The notes under the pieces were generated by a model. That model ran no database searches, was not told where the DNA came from, and was given only the letters and a program-made list of their open reading frames with translations. A program made the translations under genes and the position numbers. Positions 1 to 11,587 of a stretch of 64,000 bases of DNA are shown here, piece by piece. The stretch spans positions 134,106,001-134,170,000 of the forward strand of contig OZ296650.1 of assembly GCA_965655095.1 (NCBI GenBank), written 5' to 3'. Origin of the DNA: Haplodiscus bocki (taxonomy: Eukaryota). Numbering within the stretch: the stretch's first letter is position 1; each line of letters opens with the position of its first letter.

Positions 1-3000
1 AGCATTTTAACGAAAACTCCATTTCTGAACGAACCTCTTGTGTCCGATCATAAGTTCTATAAGAAATTGAATTTGTTAGAAGTCATCATGTGTGTACTAT
101 TTGAAGCATTGGTTGTTATAACTTTAAATTGATATTGGCCGCACGTTGGTACCCACCGAAATAAATTTCAACAAGTTTTTAATGCTTCTTTGTGTTAACT
201 GTAAAACAACGCAAACTTTGTGTTGCTGTGCTGAATTTGACTGAAACCGCTTGGAGCTTCGTAAATAGGCACTGTCCAATTAACGACTGGAATTTACTCG
301 TTTTTGCGTCGAACCATTTTTTAATAGTCAAATGCCTAAAGAATCAGTCCTAATGATTCGTGGCTGTTGGATTTCGTGCCTTAACATTGTGTACTTTTGA
401 GAGTTAAAAGAGGAGTTTTGAGATAACCCGTCAACAAAATGATGATTAATCGGTTGATCATGTGTAGCTGCCTTCTATGTGACTGCTAGATTTTTGAGAT
501 CATTTCCATTTCGGATAACTGTCAATCAGGCGGCTGCGAGCAACCAACCAAGACTGCAAACTCTGCAATATGTTTGATGTTTTTGCAGCATTAAAAAGTG
601 TCGCCCTCCGGCAATTCGCAATGAAACGAATCATAATTTTTACTGTGTGAAAGTCCTTTGTCTTGCATTTGTTGCATTGAATCGAATTTTTGCTGGTGCT
701 TCCCCCCTTGCAATCGTAATCGTGTCCCAAAACTCGCACTTCTCACGTCAGAAACCATTTTTGTTTAATTTTTTCTTCCATGAGAAAATGACTATTTCAG
801 CAACAGTCACTCCAAATGCAACTGATTGTTTTCCAATTTCCATCAAACGCTTGGCTTTTTCAATGCGCTACGAATCAATTATCTCAGGGAAAAACTGATG
901 ATATTTCTTAGCCACATGCAGTTCATCGATTCTTCATCTTTTGAGTGAATTCAGATTTTTGCAGTACATTTGTCAGAAAAGTACGTGTGCAATCTTGCTG
1001 AATTTTTTTAATGATGACACGTTTTGTACTTTCATAGTTAATCGTTTTCGACTACTTTGCGTAAAGTTTCTTTTTTGGAAAACAGAAACAACTCATCAAA
1101 GATCCTTGTCTGAGCCATTTCACAAACTGAAACGTCATACATAAGAGTCAAATAAGTTGCAATCACAATATTTTCCTTGTATTTACAATTTGAAATGTAC
1201 TACTTTTGAACTGATTGCTTGTCCTTTCTCTAAAATGCGGTTCATTACAAAAACGATCATGGTTGCGATCATAACTTTTTGATAACAATTGTAAGCTTTT
1301 AGCTTGTTCTGGGTGTCCTGGAAGATTTTAATATCCAAGAAAAAGTTTCTTTTGAGGAAATTTTGACTTTGCAATTGCGCGGTCAAACTGGAACAAATGA
1401 TAAGTGTGCAAACAGGAACTACAGTTTGTTATCATATTACTCTCTTGATTGACACTGTTTAAGGCCACTGTGCTTTTCTTCGCATAACTTGGTTTGAATC
1501 AAATTTTCACGATGTCAATGCCCACGCCTCATAAAAGTTGAGTCCCAACAAGCTGTTTCAATTTTTGACTATTGCTCTCTTTCCACAATTTGCCTCAATT
1601 CCTATTTCTTAAGTAAATATATATCCATTGTGGCTCTAGTTTCACATTTGGCTTTTCCTCATTGTATTGCTTGTTGCACTGTACAATAGCACGGCCTCTT
1701 GAATACGTCGTATCTCAGTTGTATTACAGCGCAGACTTTCTAAATGAAATACTTGTAGAAAACTTTTGTCGATATTAAACGGTGATATGAAGTTCTGCCG
1801 CGGAATGTCCACCAGTCGAATTTTTTTGGTAGCTTATGAGTTCTCCTTCGTTTTATATGGATTATCAAATTGTGATTCACCGAATAACTGATTGAAAGTT
1901 AGTGGCAATGAAAGATAGTGGCTTTTATCCGAAAGCATCTTTTTGATTATGTACCAGCGTTTTTCTTCCGTTTCGTCTTCTTTGACCTCCATTGTGTAAT
2001 GTAGTTCTAACGGTGCTCATTAACACTTTGACCAAAATGTGCATGTTCTTTCGTCCGTATCGGAAGCCAAGTTTTCATTAACCATTTCTTCTTGGTTGAA
2101 ATTACCCTTCCAAAAAAGTTCCAGTAAACTTGGTTACAGCGTTACTTTCGTTTCGCAACCATAAGGTTCTGTATGGCGTTGATAACTTTGCAACAAGTTT
2201 CTTCAATCTTCAACAAAATGCTTTTTATGCAAATGATGTGACAATGTTTCTACAAATGTATACCGAAAGGCCAACACCTTTCGATTAACGTGGTTTTTGT
2301 TTTCGTAGAAGTGGTATAAAGGTTGCGAGATTGTTTCATTTTTGTAGACATTATGGATTTTACAACGTAGTATGTATAATTTCGACTGTCGGCTACACTA
2401 ATAAGTTTCATACTGCCTGTACAATCACCCTCTAACAATTTCCCGTACTAATACAATGCCTCCAGTTCTTTGCTGAATACTTGCGTAACAATCGGAACGA
2501 GAACACTTCCAGTATTTAGAAGGAGTCAACAGAACCCATCGCTTTCTGCATGTTATCCATCGCCAATGAATATTGCGACCGGCGCAGGATGTGAAATAGT
2601 TGACCCTCTTATTCTTGACCTAATGCAGACTTTAGCCAAGGTGAAATTGAAACTCTTCATTAACCGAATTTTTACATTGCTATTTGTTTATGTAAACACG
2701 CAAAAAATGACCTGTTCACTCGATGAATACGAGCACACATTCATGAGATTTGAGTTTGTCAGGCTTAGAACTGTTGACTTTTATTTTGAGATGTCGACAA
2801 ACAACATCGCCCATAAGTAAAGTTGTACTCGTTTTGATTTCCACGCTCCAGATGAAACATATTGTCTTGCTTCTGATGGTATTGACAAGATTCAGGAGCT
2901 ACAGTTTCAGAATGCTAACAAAAGCTCTCTTTGTATCAACAGTTGAAGCAAGTGGCGATTAAGAAATTGATTACATAGATGCAACTAAATGTGACTTCTT

Positions 3001-4421
3001 CGAGTCTTAGCAAGTTTACCACACTTACATAATGTTAACTTGATTGAAGTCGGAGCATAACCCTCAAAAATTAGTTTTTGCTCAACCAAATAGCGTGGAA
3101 TACCTGAAAAATGTGTTTGAATCAACTTTTTGCCTTAGGTTTGTTGTGTCCCCAAAAAATTGTTTACATTCAATCAAAAAATTTGTCTCGGCTGCTCAGT
3201 TTTTCAATTCTCAGAATTTTCAAGTTAAGCGCATGATGTACAGTGCCTTTAAAACCACTTGCATACTGTAATTTTGATGCATCCCAAGTTGCCGTATTTC
3301 TTTTGGAACACATTAATGTTGGTTTGAAGAGACATGCAGGGCATAAAGAAGTTTTCCTTTTGCATTATCCATAACTGAAACTACAAAAACCCTCAATTAT
3401 TTTTTTTGGAAATTCGTGACACCAATCTGAAATGCTGTAGTAACACAGTAAACAGGATCGTTTTGTCATTCGTACCTTTTGTAGGTAGGAAAAACACGTA
3501 ACCAAAACAGCACGCGTAAAAGTTCCTGTTTTCCTGCCAAAAATTTTTTTTTGTAGGTTAAGAATCATATCGCATACTATCGCGTTATCTGCTAAGCGTC
3601 TACTTGATGCGCTGAAACTTTAGATGAATCACCAATTAGATGCACAACATATTGTTTTGGGCCTGTGTCTCAACCGATACGTACGTTATGGAACCATTAT
3701 CTCTTGAATTTGACTCTCACCTATTTTGCTCTTTCGTATAATTTTCGAAATATTTAGGCTACCTTTTCAATTGGCTGCTTAAGCCTAACACACATTTGTG
3801 GGCCAGTGTCTCAGCTAATTGCTGCGTTAGGGAACAATTACTTTGTTAAAACTGACTGTGAATTATTCTGCATGTTCTTTTTTTTTTAGATTTAAAAGCT
3901 GCTTTTGACATTGATAAAATTACAAACGTTTAGCTTGAAAGCAACACCACAATCGGTATGTACAACGAAAACCCTGAGATTTCTCGTTTTTCATTGGGGA
4001 TTCGGAGGAAGATCTCCGGTTTTCAGAATATTTTCCTGAAAATAGCCGAACTTTTTTCGCTCGAAAATTTCCTTGCATTATCGAAGGGAAAAACAGAGAA
4101 GACATATACCATACAAACTGCGCTGCTCGGTTCAATTCGTTTTTTTCTCATGGAAATGTTTCTTGCCTCCAGAAACCTTGCGAACTGATCCTCGTAAAAG
4201 TACCAGATAACACTTTTACAAAAATAACAAAACATCATTTGATATCTTCCCAAAAATTGATTTTTTTCGCAAAATGAGTTTTACCCCAAAATTTACCCCA
4301 AGTTGAAGAATGTTTAGCAGTAAAGCCATTTCCGAAAAAAATCCGACCACAAAAGTATCAGAAACGAATTCTACAAGGAAAATTTAGTTTTTTGGTAAAA
4401 AATGTTTTTTTTCGGAAAATT

Positions 4422-5005
4422 CGTCATAACCGTCATTTTTTTCGGCAAAGTGGCCAAAAATTTTTTATCGTCGAAAAATTATTTTTCAAGTTATGGAGTC
4501 AATTTCATACTGGAGACACTCCAGAGCGCAAACTAGGTAGTTCAATGTGGGAGCTATGACAAAATGATCGATTTTCGGCATTTTTTTCGAAATTTGATGC
4601 GTCATATCTCCACACCTATGACGAGTTGGTGGAAAATTTTTTGCATGTGTGCAGCCAACAGTTATTATGCTTTACACAAAAAGTTTCGGCCAAATGCATG
4701 TGGTTACTTGCAGGGCGGTTGGTAAAAAACTGCCAAAAGGGGCCAAAAAACAGAATCATCCCGTCATAATTCGCCAATCATTTTTGCTAGAGTGATCTAA
4801 CTTGCACCATTGTTCTTAGAATTGTAAACTGTGCCTGCATGCAAAGTTTGAATCAAATCGTATGGGTAGGAGCTGAAATCGCGTGTACGCAGCACATGTC
4901 TGCATAGGGTCTTTCTCTATATATTACACCTCGGCAAAGGGGCCCCTCCCCCGCCTCGGAAAGGCCCAATGACGGGCGCAATCCCCTGACCCCCCAGTGG
5001 AGGCA
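4422..5005 (+). mobile_element. Right-terminal block of array unit S1 (left boundary not located)
   Basis: Starts with CGTCATAACCGTCATT and ends with GGGCCCCTCCCCCGCCTCG...CCAGTGGAGGCA, like all other units. Sequence upstream of ~4380 does not match the 5' half of S2-S4. Confidence 0.8.
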
Positions 5006-6049
5006 CCGGTGAAAATCACCAGGTGGCGGTCACTGTAGAGGCACCTCTGAAATATGAAATATTACTGATAGTCTTTTCTTCGAACACATTAATGAGTTTT
5101 GCAAATGCCTGTTTAATACATTGAAATTGAGCCTGTGAAATCTTCATTGAAAACGACAGGACATTGAAAGCGAAGCTTCCAAACAGTTGGGCCCCGTTGT
5201 TTCTCCGTGGCGCTTCGCTAATCTACGAAACAACGTGGCGGGGCATTTAACAATTTGAATTTCGAATTTTTTTTTTCAATTTTGGGCCAAATTATGATTG
5301 TTTTTCCAGAAAATTTCAATACTTCAACCCACGAAAGATGCTAAATTTCAAAAAGCTATAAAGTGAGACAATTCTGAAAAAAAAACAATAGAAAAAAATG
5401 CCAGATTTGAATTGTTGAATGAAAACTGGGTTTTTGGAAATTTTCAATTTTTTTCTGAATTGTTCGTCATAACCGTCATTTCTTTCGATATACTGGCCGA
5501 AAATTTTTCATCTTCGGAAAATTGCCTTGCAAGTTATGGAGTTGATTTCATACTGGAGCCACTGCAGAGGGCAAACTATGCACTTCAATGTGGGAGCTAT
5601 GACGAAATGGTCGATTTTCGGCATTTTTTTCCAAATTTGATCCGTCATATCTCAACACCTATGACGAGTTGGTAAAAAATTTTTTGCATGTGTGTAGCCC
5701 TTAGTTATTCTGCTTCACACGAAAAGTTTCGGCCAAATGCATGTGGTTACTTGCAGGGCTGTCGGTAAAAAACTGGAAAATGAGGCCAAAAAACAGAATC
5801 ATCCCGTCATAATTCCCCAACCATTTTTGCTAGAATGATCTAACTTGTGCCATTGTTCTTAGAATTAAAAGTTATGCCCGCATGCAAAGTTTGATCCAAA
5901 TCGTATGGGTGGGAGCTGAGATCGTTAATTCCCTATACCGTTTGTGCATATTTGTTTTTTCTTATATTTGAACGCGAGGCAAAGGGGCCCCTCCCCCGCC
6001 TCGCGAGGACCTATGTGGGGCGCAATCCCCTGACCACCCAGTGGAGGCA
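5006..6049 (+). mobile_element. Non-autonomous ~1.04-kb rolling-circle-type element S2
   Basis: Begins CCGGTGAAAATCACCAGGTGGCGG and ends CCAGTGGAGGCA. Homologous to S3 and S4, and shares the 3' block with the Rep-helicase elements A1/A2. No credible ORF. Confidence 0.85.
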
Positions 6050-7094
6050 CCGGTGAAAATCACCAGGTGGCGGTCACTGGTTATGACATTCTGAAACTTT
6101 AACAAAATTGCAAGTCTTCTCTTTCAACACAGTAATGATTTTTGCAAATGCAACTTTTATATATTGAAACTTAGCATGTGAAATCTTCACCGATATGGAT
6201 GAGACATCGAGGATGGAGCTCGCAAACATTTTGGCCCCGTTGTTTCTCCGAGTCGCTTCGCTAATCTACGAAACAACGGGGCGGGGCACTTAACATTTTC
6301 TTTTTCGAAAAATTTTTCCTCAAGTTTTTGCCAAACTTTGATTGTTTTCCCGAAACACTTCAGAACCTCAAACCACAAAAGGTGCTACAACTCAAAAAAG
6401 CTTTGCAGTATGACAATTTTGGAGGAAAATTTGACCAAAAAATGCCAGAATCGAATTGTAGAATTAAAACTGATTTTTTGTGTGAAAATTATTTTTTTTT
6501 CGAAAAATTCGTCATAACCGTCATTTTTTTCGGCAAACTGGCCGAAACTTTTTCATCGTCGAAAAATGTTCTTTCAAGTTATGGAGTTGATTTCATACTG
6601 GAGCCACTCCAGAGGGCAAACTATGCACTTGGATGTGGGAGCTATGACGAAATGGTCGATTTTCGGCATTTTTTTACAACTTTGATCCGTCATATCTCAA
6701 CACCTATGACGAGTTGGCAGAAAATTTTTTGCATGCGTGTAGCCCTTAGTTATTCTGCTTCACACAAAAAGTTTCGGCCAAATGCATCCGGTTACTTGCA
6801 GGGCTGTCGGTAAAAAACTGCAAAATGAGGCCAAAAAACAGAATCATCCCGTCATAACTCCCCAACCATTTTTGCTAGAATGATCTAACTTGCACCATTG
6901 TTCATAGAATTGTAAACTATGCCTGCATGCAAAGTTTGATCAAAATCGTATGGGTGGGAGCTGAGATCGCAAATTCCCTATACCGTATGTGCGTATTTGT
7001 TATTTCCTATATTTTAACGCGAGGCAAAGGGGCCCCTCCCCCGCCTCGCAAGGACTAATGTGGGGCGCAATCCCCTGACCACCCAGTGGAGGCA
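6050..7094 (+). mobile_element. Non-autonomous ~1.04-kb element S3 (diverged subfamily)
   Basis: Same termini as S2 and 1045 bp long. The 5' half is visibly diverged from S2; the 3' block is close. Confidence 0.85.
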
Positions 7095-10000
7095 ACGGTG
7101 AAATTTACTAGATGGCGGGTTTTTTTGCTTTCAATTTTTTTCCGGTATCAATTCTGGTGATTGGTTCGAAGTTCTAAATTTTTGTTTATATAATTGAAAA
7201 CTGTTGTTTGTTCTTTTTTTACGATACTTTTCTCCAGGCTGAAGATTAACTCGCACAGTGCAGATGCAACTGATACGCACAGAGTTCATCTCACACCGTA
7301 AATGTGGGGTTGTTCCTCAAAACCTAGTAAATTTCCTGTTTTTTTAAAGTTCATGACAGCAGCAATGAAGTATGGCAAACGTACTTTCCGGTCGATTTTT
7401 TCCCGAAGTCAGCTCAGAACAGTAAAGTAACAATTTTTCCACTTTATCAGCTGCTGAATTAAAATATAACTCCACAGACCTACCCGTTACCGGCTTCCAT
7501 AACAATGGAAGTTTTCAGTTCTGTTCCGTTCCATTTCTTGAATCCACTTTTTTCAAAGAAATCTTTTGGTTGCGTAATGAGTCATGTACTTGAAGCATTT
7601 CTTGCTGGTTCTCGTTGCCTTCTTTTGTGCTTCAGAGGAACAATATAGGTGTTGTGTGCTATTTCACATCAGTTGATTTTTTCAAAAAATGAAAATGTAC
7701 AGTTAGGTGTTCTGTACTAGACAAATTTATGAAAAAGAAGTTCTGCGCCATGACATTTCATCCACTATGTAACAATATTGTTCATGCGTCGTCCAAAACA
7801 TATATAGAATGCTGGATGCTTCCGGAAAATAAAAACATGAGAAAAAGTTACTGGTCATAATCATCATTGAATTGAGACAGTTGTGTTCATAAAATAATCG
7901 TCAACCATAAATTATGACAAGATGAAGGCCAATTTGATGGCGGATCAGTACTGATGTCGATTAAATATCTGCCTTCCATTTATGAAGTCGTGAAAGCAGT
8001 ACTTCGATTCTCTACATTTTGAGCTTTTGTCAACATGAAATGTGGTTAGTGGAAGCAACTTTAACAATATGTGGAGGTAACGTGTAGAGTTAAAACGATG
8101 CTTCTCTACTGTTGATGTCGGTTTTGAGTGTTTCCGATTTTGAAGATTTTACTGCTCTACAGACCGTTCAAAAATTGTTTGCGTTTCACAAATTCTTATA
8201 TCTGAGTTTTTCGGAAGAATATATCTGGTTGGTTTTGAAGCCTACTTATCGGAGTTTTGAACTTCTTTCAAAATAAGTTTTGATTTTTCTGTGAAAAAAT
8301 GCTTCTCGTTGTCAAAATAAAATATCCGCCGTTGAGCGAAATATGGCAACGTGTTATTCCTCTGAACTCATGCCGAAGTTAGTTTTTGGATAAAGTGTTT
8401 TGATATGGAATCATTATTTCTTTAGCGTCAACTCGACATTGCCAATTTCCCATCCCTCATTTGAACCCTCTGAAATAGATACTTTTCTCATGTCATTCGA
8501 TCGTTTGAACTTTTCATATTGTGAATCGTGACTCACTGAAGTCTCAACTGACTATGGTCAACATCGTATGGCTTCTGTCGACAAATTGAGCCAATTGTTT
8601 TGGGTAATTTTTTTAAATGACGTTTTCGTACACGAAGAATGCTGGATATTGTTTGTAACAATCGTTGCCTGAGTACTAGGTGTTCTTCCACAATTTCTGA
8701 ATTGCAAAGGGGAACTCCGCTGTTATCATCGTACATGAATTGCTAATGTTACTCATGAAGCATGAGAAACGTAAGAAAAATTGAAAAGTGTACAACATAA
8801 TCGTAACTTTAAATTTATACCGATGGATCCCAAAGATGATTGGCATTGAACGAACAGGGTCAACGGGCTCCTCAAATTTGAGCATGTTAATGGTTTTGCT
8901 ACGGAGGAGAAATTGTTTTCATTAATTTTTTACCCATCTACCGCCTAAAAGCTACAGAGTGTTAACGTGCATGTTCGCAGAACTACATTACCTATAGGTT
9001 TCTGACAAACTTGTTATTGTGTGCGCTATTTCATCGTGTTTTTGCTGGCATTGAAAGTTCTTCATGTTTGTGTTTCCTGTGAGGTTCGTTTCATTTTCTA
9101 TGTGAACAAACCAATCAATCGTTTTTACCATTGTTGGAACGAAATTCAAGATCGAATAACCATAATTCATATCATATTTTCAATAGTTTTGACCGCAAAA
9201 AATTGCCTTCTCCGACGACATTGTTTGGATTCGGACGCGCTTTGTGCAGATATTACCGAAAAAGCTGCGGAAAATACTTATTGATGAAAAGTACTGCCTC
9301 AACATTTATAGCAAACTGTGTGTTATCTTTGGCATGGAAGTACCACGCATCTGACTGTGGATCAACTTTGGGACGCACTTATCAGAAAACGATTTCTCTT
9401 TGACGGCAATTTCAATAACTTTCGGTAAATACTGAATGTTTACATTCTTCAGTTGTTCAAATGAAACTTTGACAAGGTTTAATTGTTAACATGTTTTTTT
9501 GCGGGGGAAAAAGACGGCCTCTTGCTGTTTCTTGTTTCAAACTTTCAAAAATCCCATCTGTTTTGTACAATAATCAATTTGAATGTTTTATTTTTAGCAT
9601 ATACATAATCGCTGTCGACATTATTGACTGATATTTTATTGATCAACCGCTGCTCTGAGCAATTGTTTTCTCAACTAAATCACCCGGTTTTTTCAGATTT
9701 CATAATTTCCTTATAATGCAATGATTTTGGAAGCCAAGATTTCCCCAAGAGAAAAACAAGATGGTGAGAATCTTTCAAACATAGTTCTCTAATTTGTTAG
9801 GCTTTCCGGTTTTCTACATGATGACGTTTTTTTGTGGTATCATTTTTCACGTCATGTCAGACTTCAGTCATAAACAAAAGGGCATAATTTCAGTTTGCCT
9901 GAATTAGTAGTAAGATCTCAGAAAAACTTTATTTTTTCTCCATTTCTTGCCTCCACATTTTTCATGATTACTCTTTTCGTGTTAACTTGCAGCCCTGCTA

Positions 10001-10570
10001 AAGTGCACACTTTTCCGAAACACCTTTGGAAATTCGTATGAGTTCGCTCAACACTCATGCGTTCTCAGTTGGTTTTTCCAACTGAACCTTGTTGGCTTCT
10101 AAGAACAATTGTGATGTGCATTGTAGTCTCTTTCACTGAGGATTGGGGAAAAAACTTTCGAATTCAACGAACTCGCCGTGTACACTACTAATTGACGGGA
10201 GTCCGTAACATCGGGATGCGTTCCACTTGTATGGGTGAACGGAAAATAAATTCTTATATACGATTTTCAAACAACACAAGATTCGCAATTAACACTCATT
10301 ACATCGCCGCCTCTACGAGTAAATACCTGTTTGTTTTCTTTCTCTGATGAATGCCTTGGTTTTGCTTCGTTAACTGCGCAAAACCAAGGCCCACATTGCA
10401 TATATTTTTCTGGATACTGCTTTTTTCGAATTCATTAGATGCTACCGTTAATTGAACAGTTTGAAAGTTTTGTACGTTGGTCCTATAGTGGCGCCCACTC
10501 TTTACAATGTATTCACTATTGAAGATGAGTTATTGATAAACTTTTGCGCGAAGTTTCTTGTGAAAGAGTA

Positions 10571-11587
10571 ATGCCATCTGGCAAGAATGATTTGAAAAGA
10601 CGTCGCTGTGCAAAATGTGGACGCTTCAGTGAACGTAATCACTCCTGTCCAAATAACACCGACAATGTTTCTTCAACTAGCGAACCATTAGGAATTTTGT
10701 ACAGTATACCTGACAGTAATTTGCTGGTCTCCTCTGTTGATGCCCTGCACTTAGAATCAACGTTGGAAGCGATGGGACTATCCTGTTCCCCAACAAGCGG
10801 CATAATTGGGAATAAAACTAACATTCGCCTCAGTTCTGTTCAACCCTCGCACAGTCTTTCTATAACGGGTGATGGTAATTGTCTTTTCACTGCCCTGGGC
10901 GTTGCCCTCGGTTTTTCTCATGAAAGTGGTCATGATTTGAGGAAACTTATTGTGAGTAACATGGACTCGGTGACTTTTCCGGAAAACAGTTTGCAAACCT
11001 CAATCTATTCCGCTGAGTTCCCCAACCAGAACAAACTTCTCACGAGCCCAACTGTCAACCACTACCTGCAGACATCGCGAATGGCAGAAAATGGAGTTTT
11101 TGGCACTTGTGTGGAAATTTATACCTTTTGTCAAATTTTTAATTTGGACGTTTATGTATACCACAATATTTTGAAAAGTTGGTTCGTTTACAAATGCGAC
11201 TGCTCAAATGACAGACAAGGAGTTTTCATTCAACAAACGCGAACTGGAGATCACTTTGAGGTAATTAGTGGCTTGACCGAAACATGCCACACTTCATTAC
11301 TCCTATCAGAAGATTTAGCTGGTTCGAGTAGTCAATGTGGAAATTCAGCAATGAATACTGACTGCCACGTAATCCAGACAGCACTTGAAGCACTTGATGA
11401 AACTGAGCCCTTGCAGAAGCGCAGACGGACTTCAGATTATCCAGTCGGCACACATTTGATCGACATTGGAGAAACTAATACAGCTGTGACATCTTTTTGT
11501 TTGGCGGAAGCTCTTTGTGGTGCAGAAAATACTACAAGGCAAAATGGAGGCCGTCCTCCAACTGCTGTGGAACATCGACAACATTAA
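10571..11587 (+). CDS. N-terminal CxxC knuckle plus OTU-family cysteine protease/deubiquitinase segment (A1)
   Basis: ITGDGNCLFTAL (catalytic D/C), GVFGTCVEI and GDHFE (catalytic H) are the OTU motif set. First ATG is at 10571. Confidence 0.85.
   Translation: MPSGKNDLKRRRCAKCGRFSERNHSCPNNTDNVSSTSEPLGILYSIPDSNLLVSSVDALHLESTLEAMGLSCSPTSGIIGNKTNIRLSSVQPSHSLSITGDGNCLFTALGVALGFSHESGHDLRKLIVSNMDSVTFPENSLQTSIYSAEFPNQNKLLTSPTVNHYLQTSRMAENGVFGTCVEIYTFCQIFNLDVYVYHNILKSWFVYKCDCSNDRQGVFIQQTRTGDHFEVISGLTETCHTSLLLSEDLAGSSSQCGNSAMNTDCHVIQTALEALDETEPLQKRRRTSDYPVGTHLIDIGETNTAVTSFCLAEALCGAENTTRQNGGRPPTAVEHRQH

Noticed and set aside
6328-6813. 161-aa ORF in S3 and related short ORFs at 5412 and 41350
   Set aside because: Non-ATG starts, stop positions differ among S copies, and no recognisable motif; these are chance frames in the terminal repeat.
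4422-7094. Simple ~1-kb satellite or CRISPR-like array
   Set aside because: The units share termini with the 17-kb coding elements, and there is no short repeat-spacer periodicity or cas gene.
7095-7112. Hairpin plus TTTACTAG as a canonical Helitron 3' CTRR end
   Set aside because: This sequence segregates with the downstream unit (present before A1 and A2, absent after A2), so it is not the 3' end of the upstream element.
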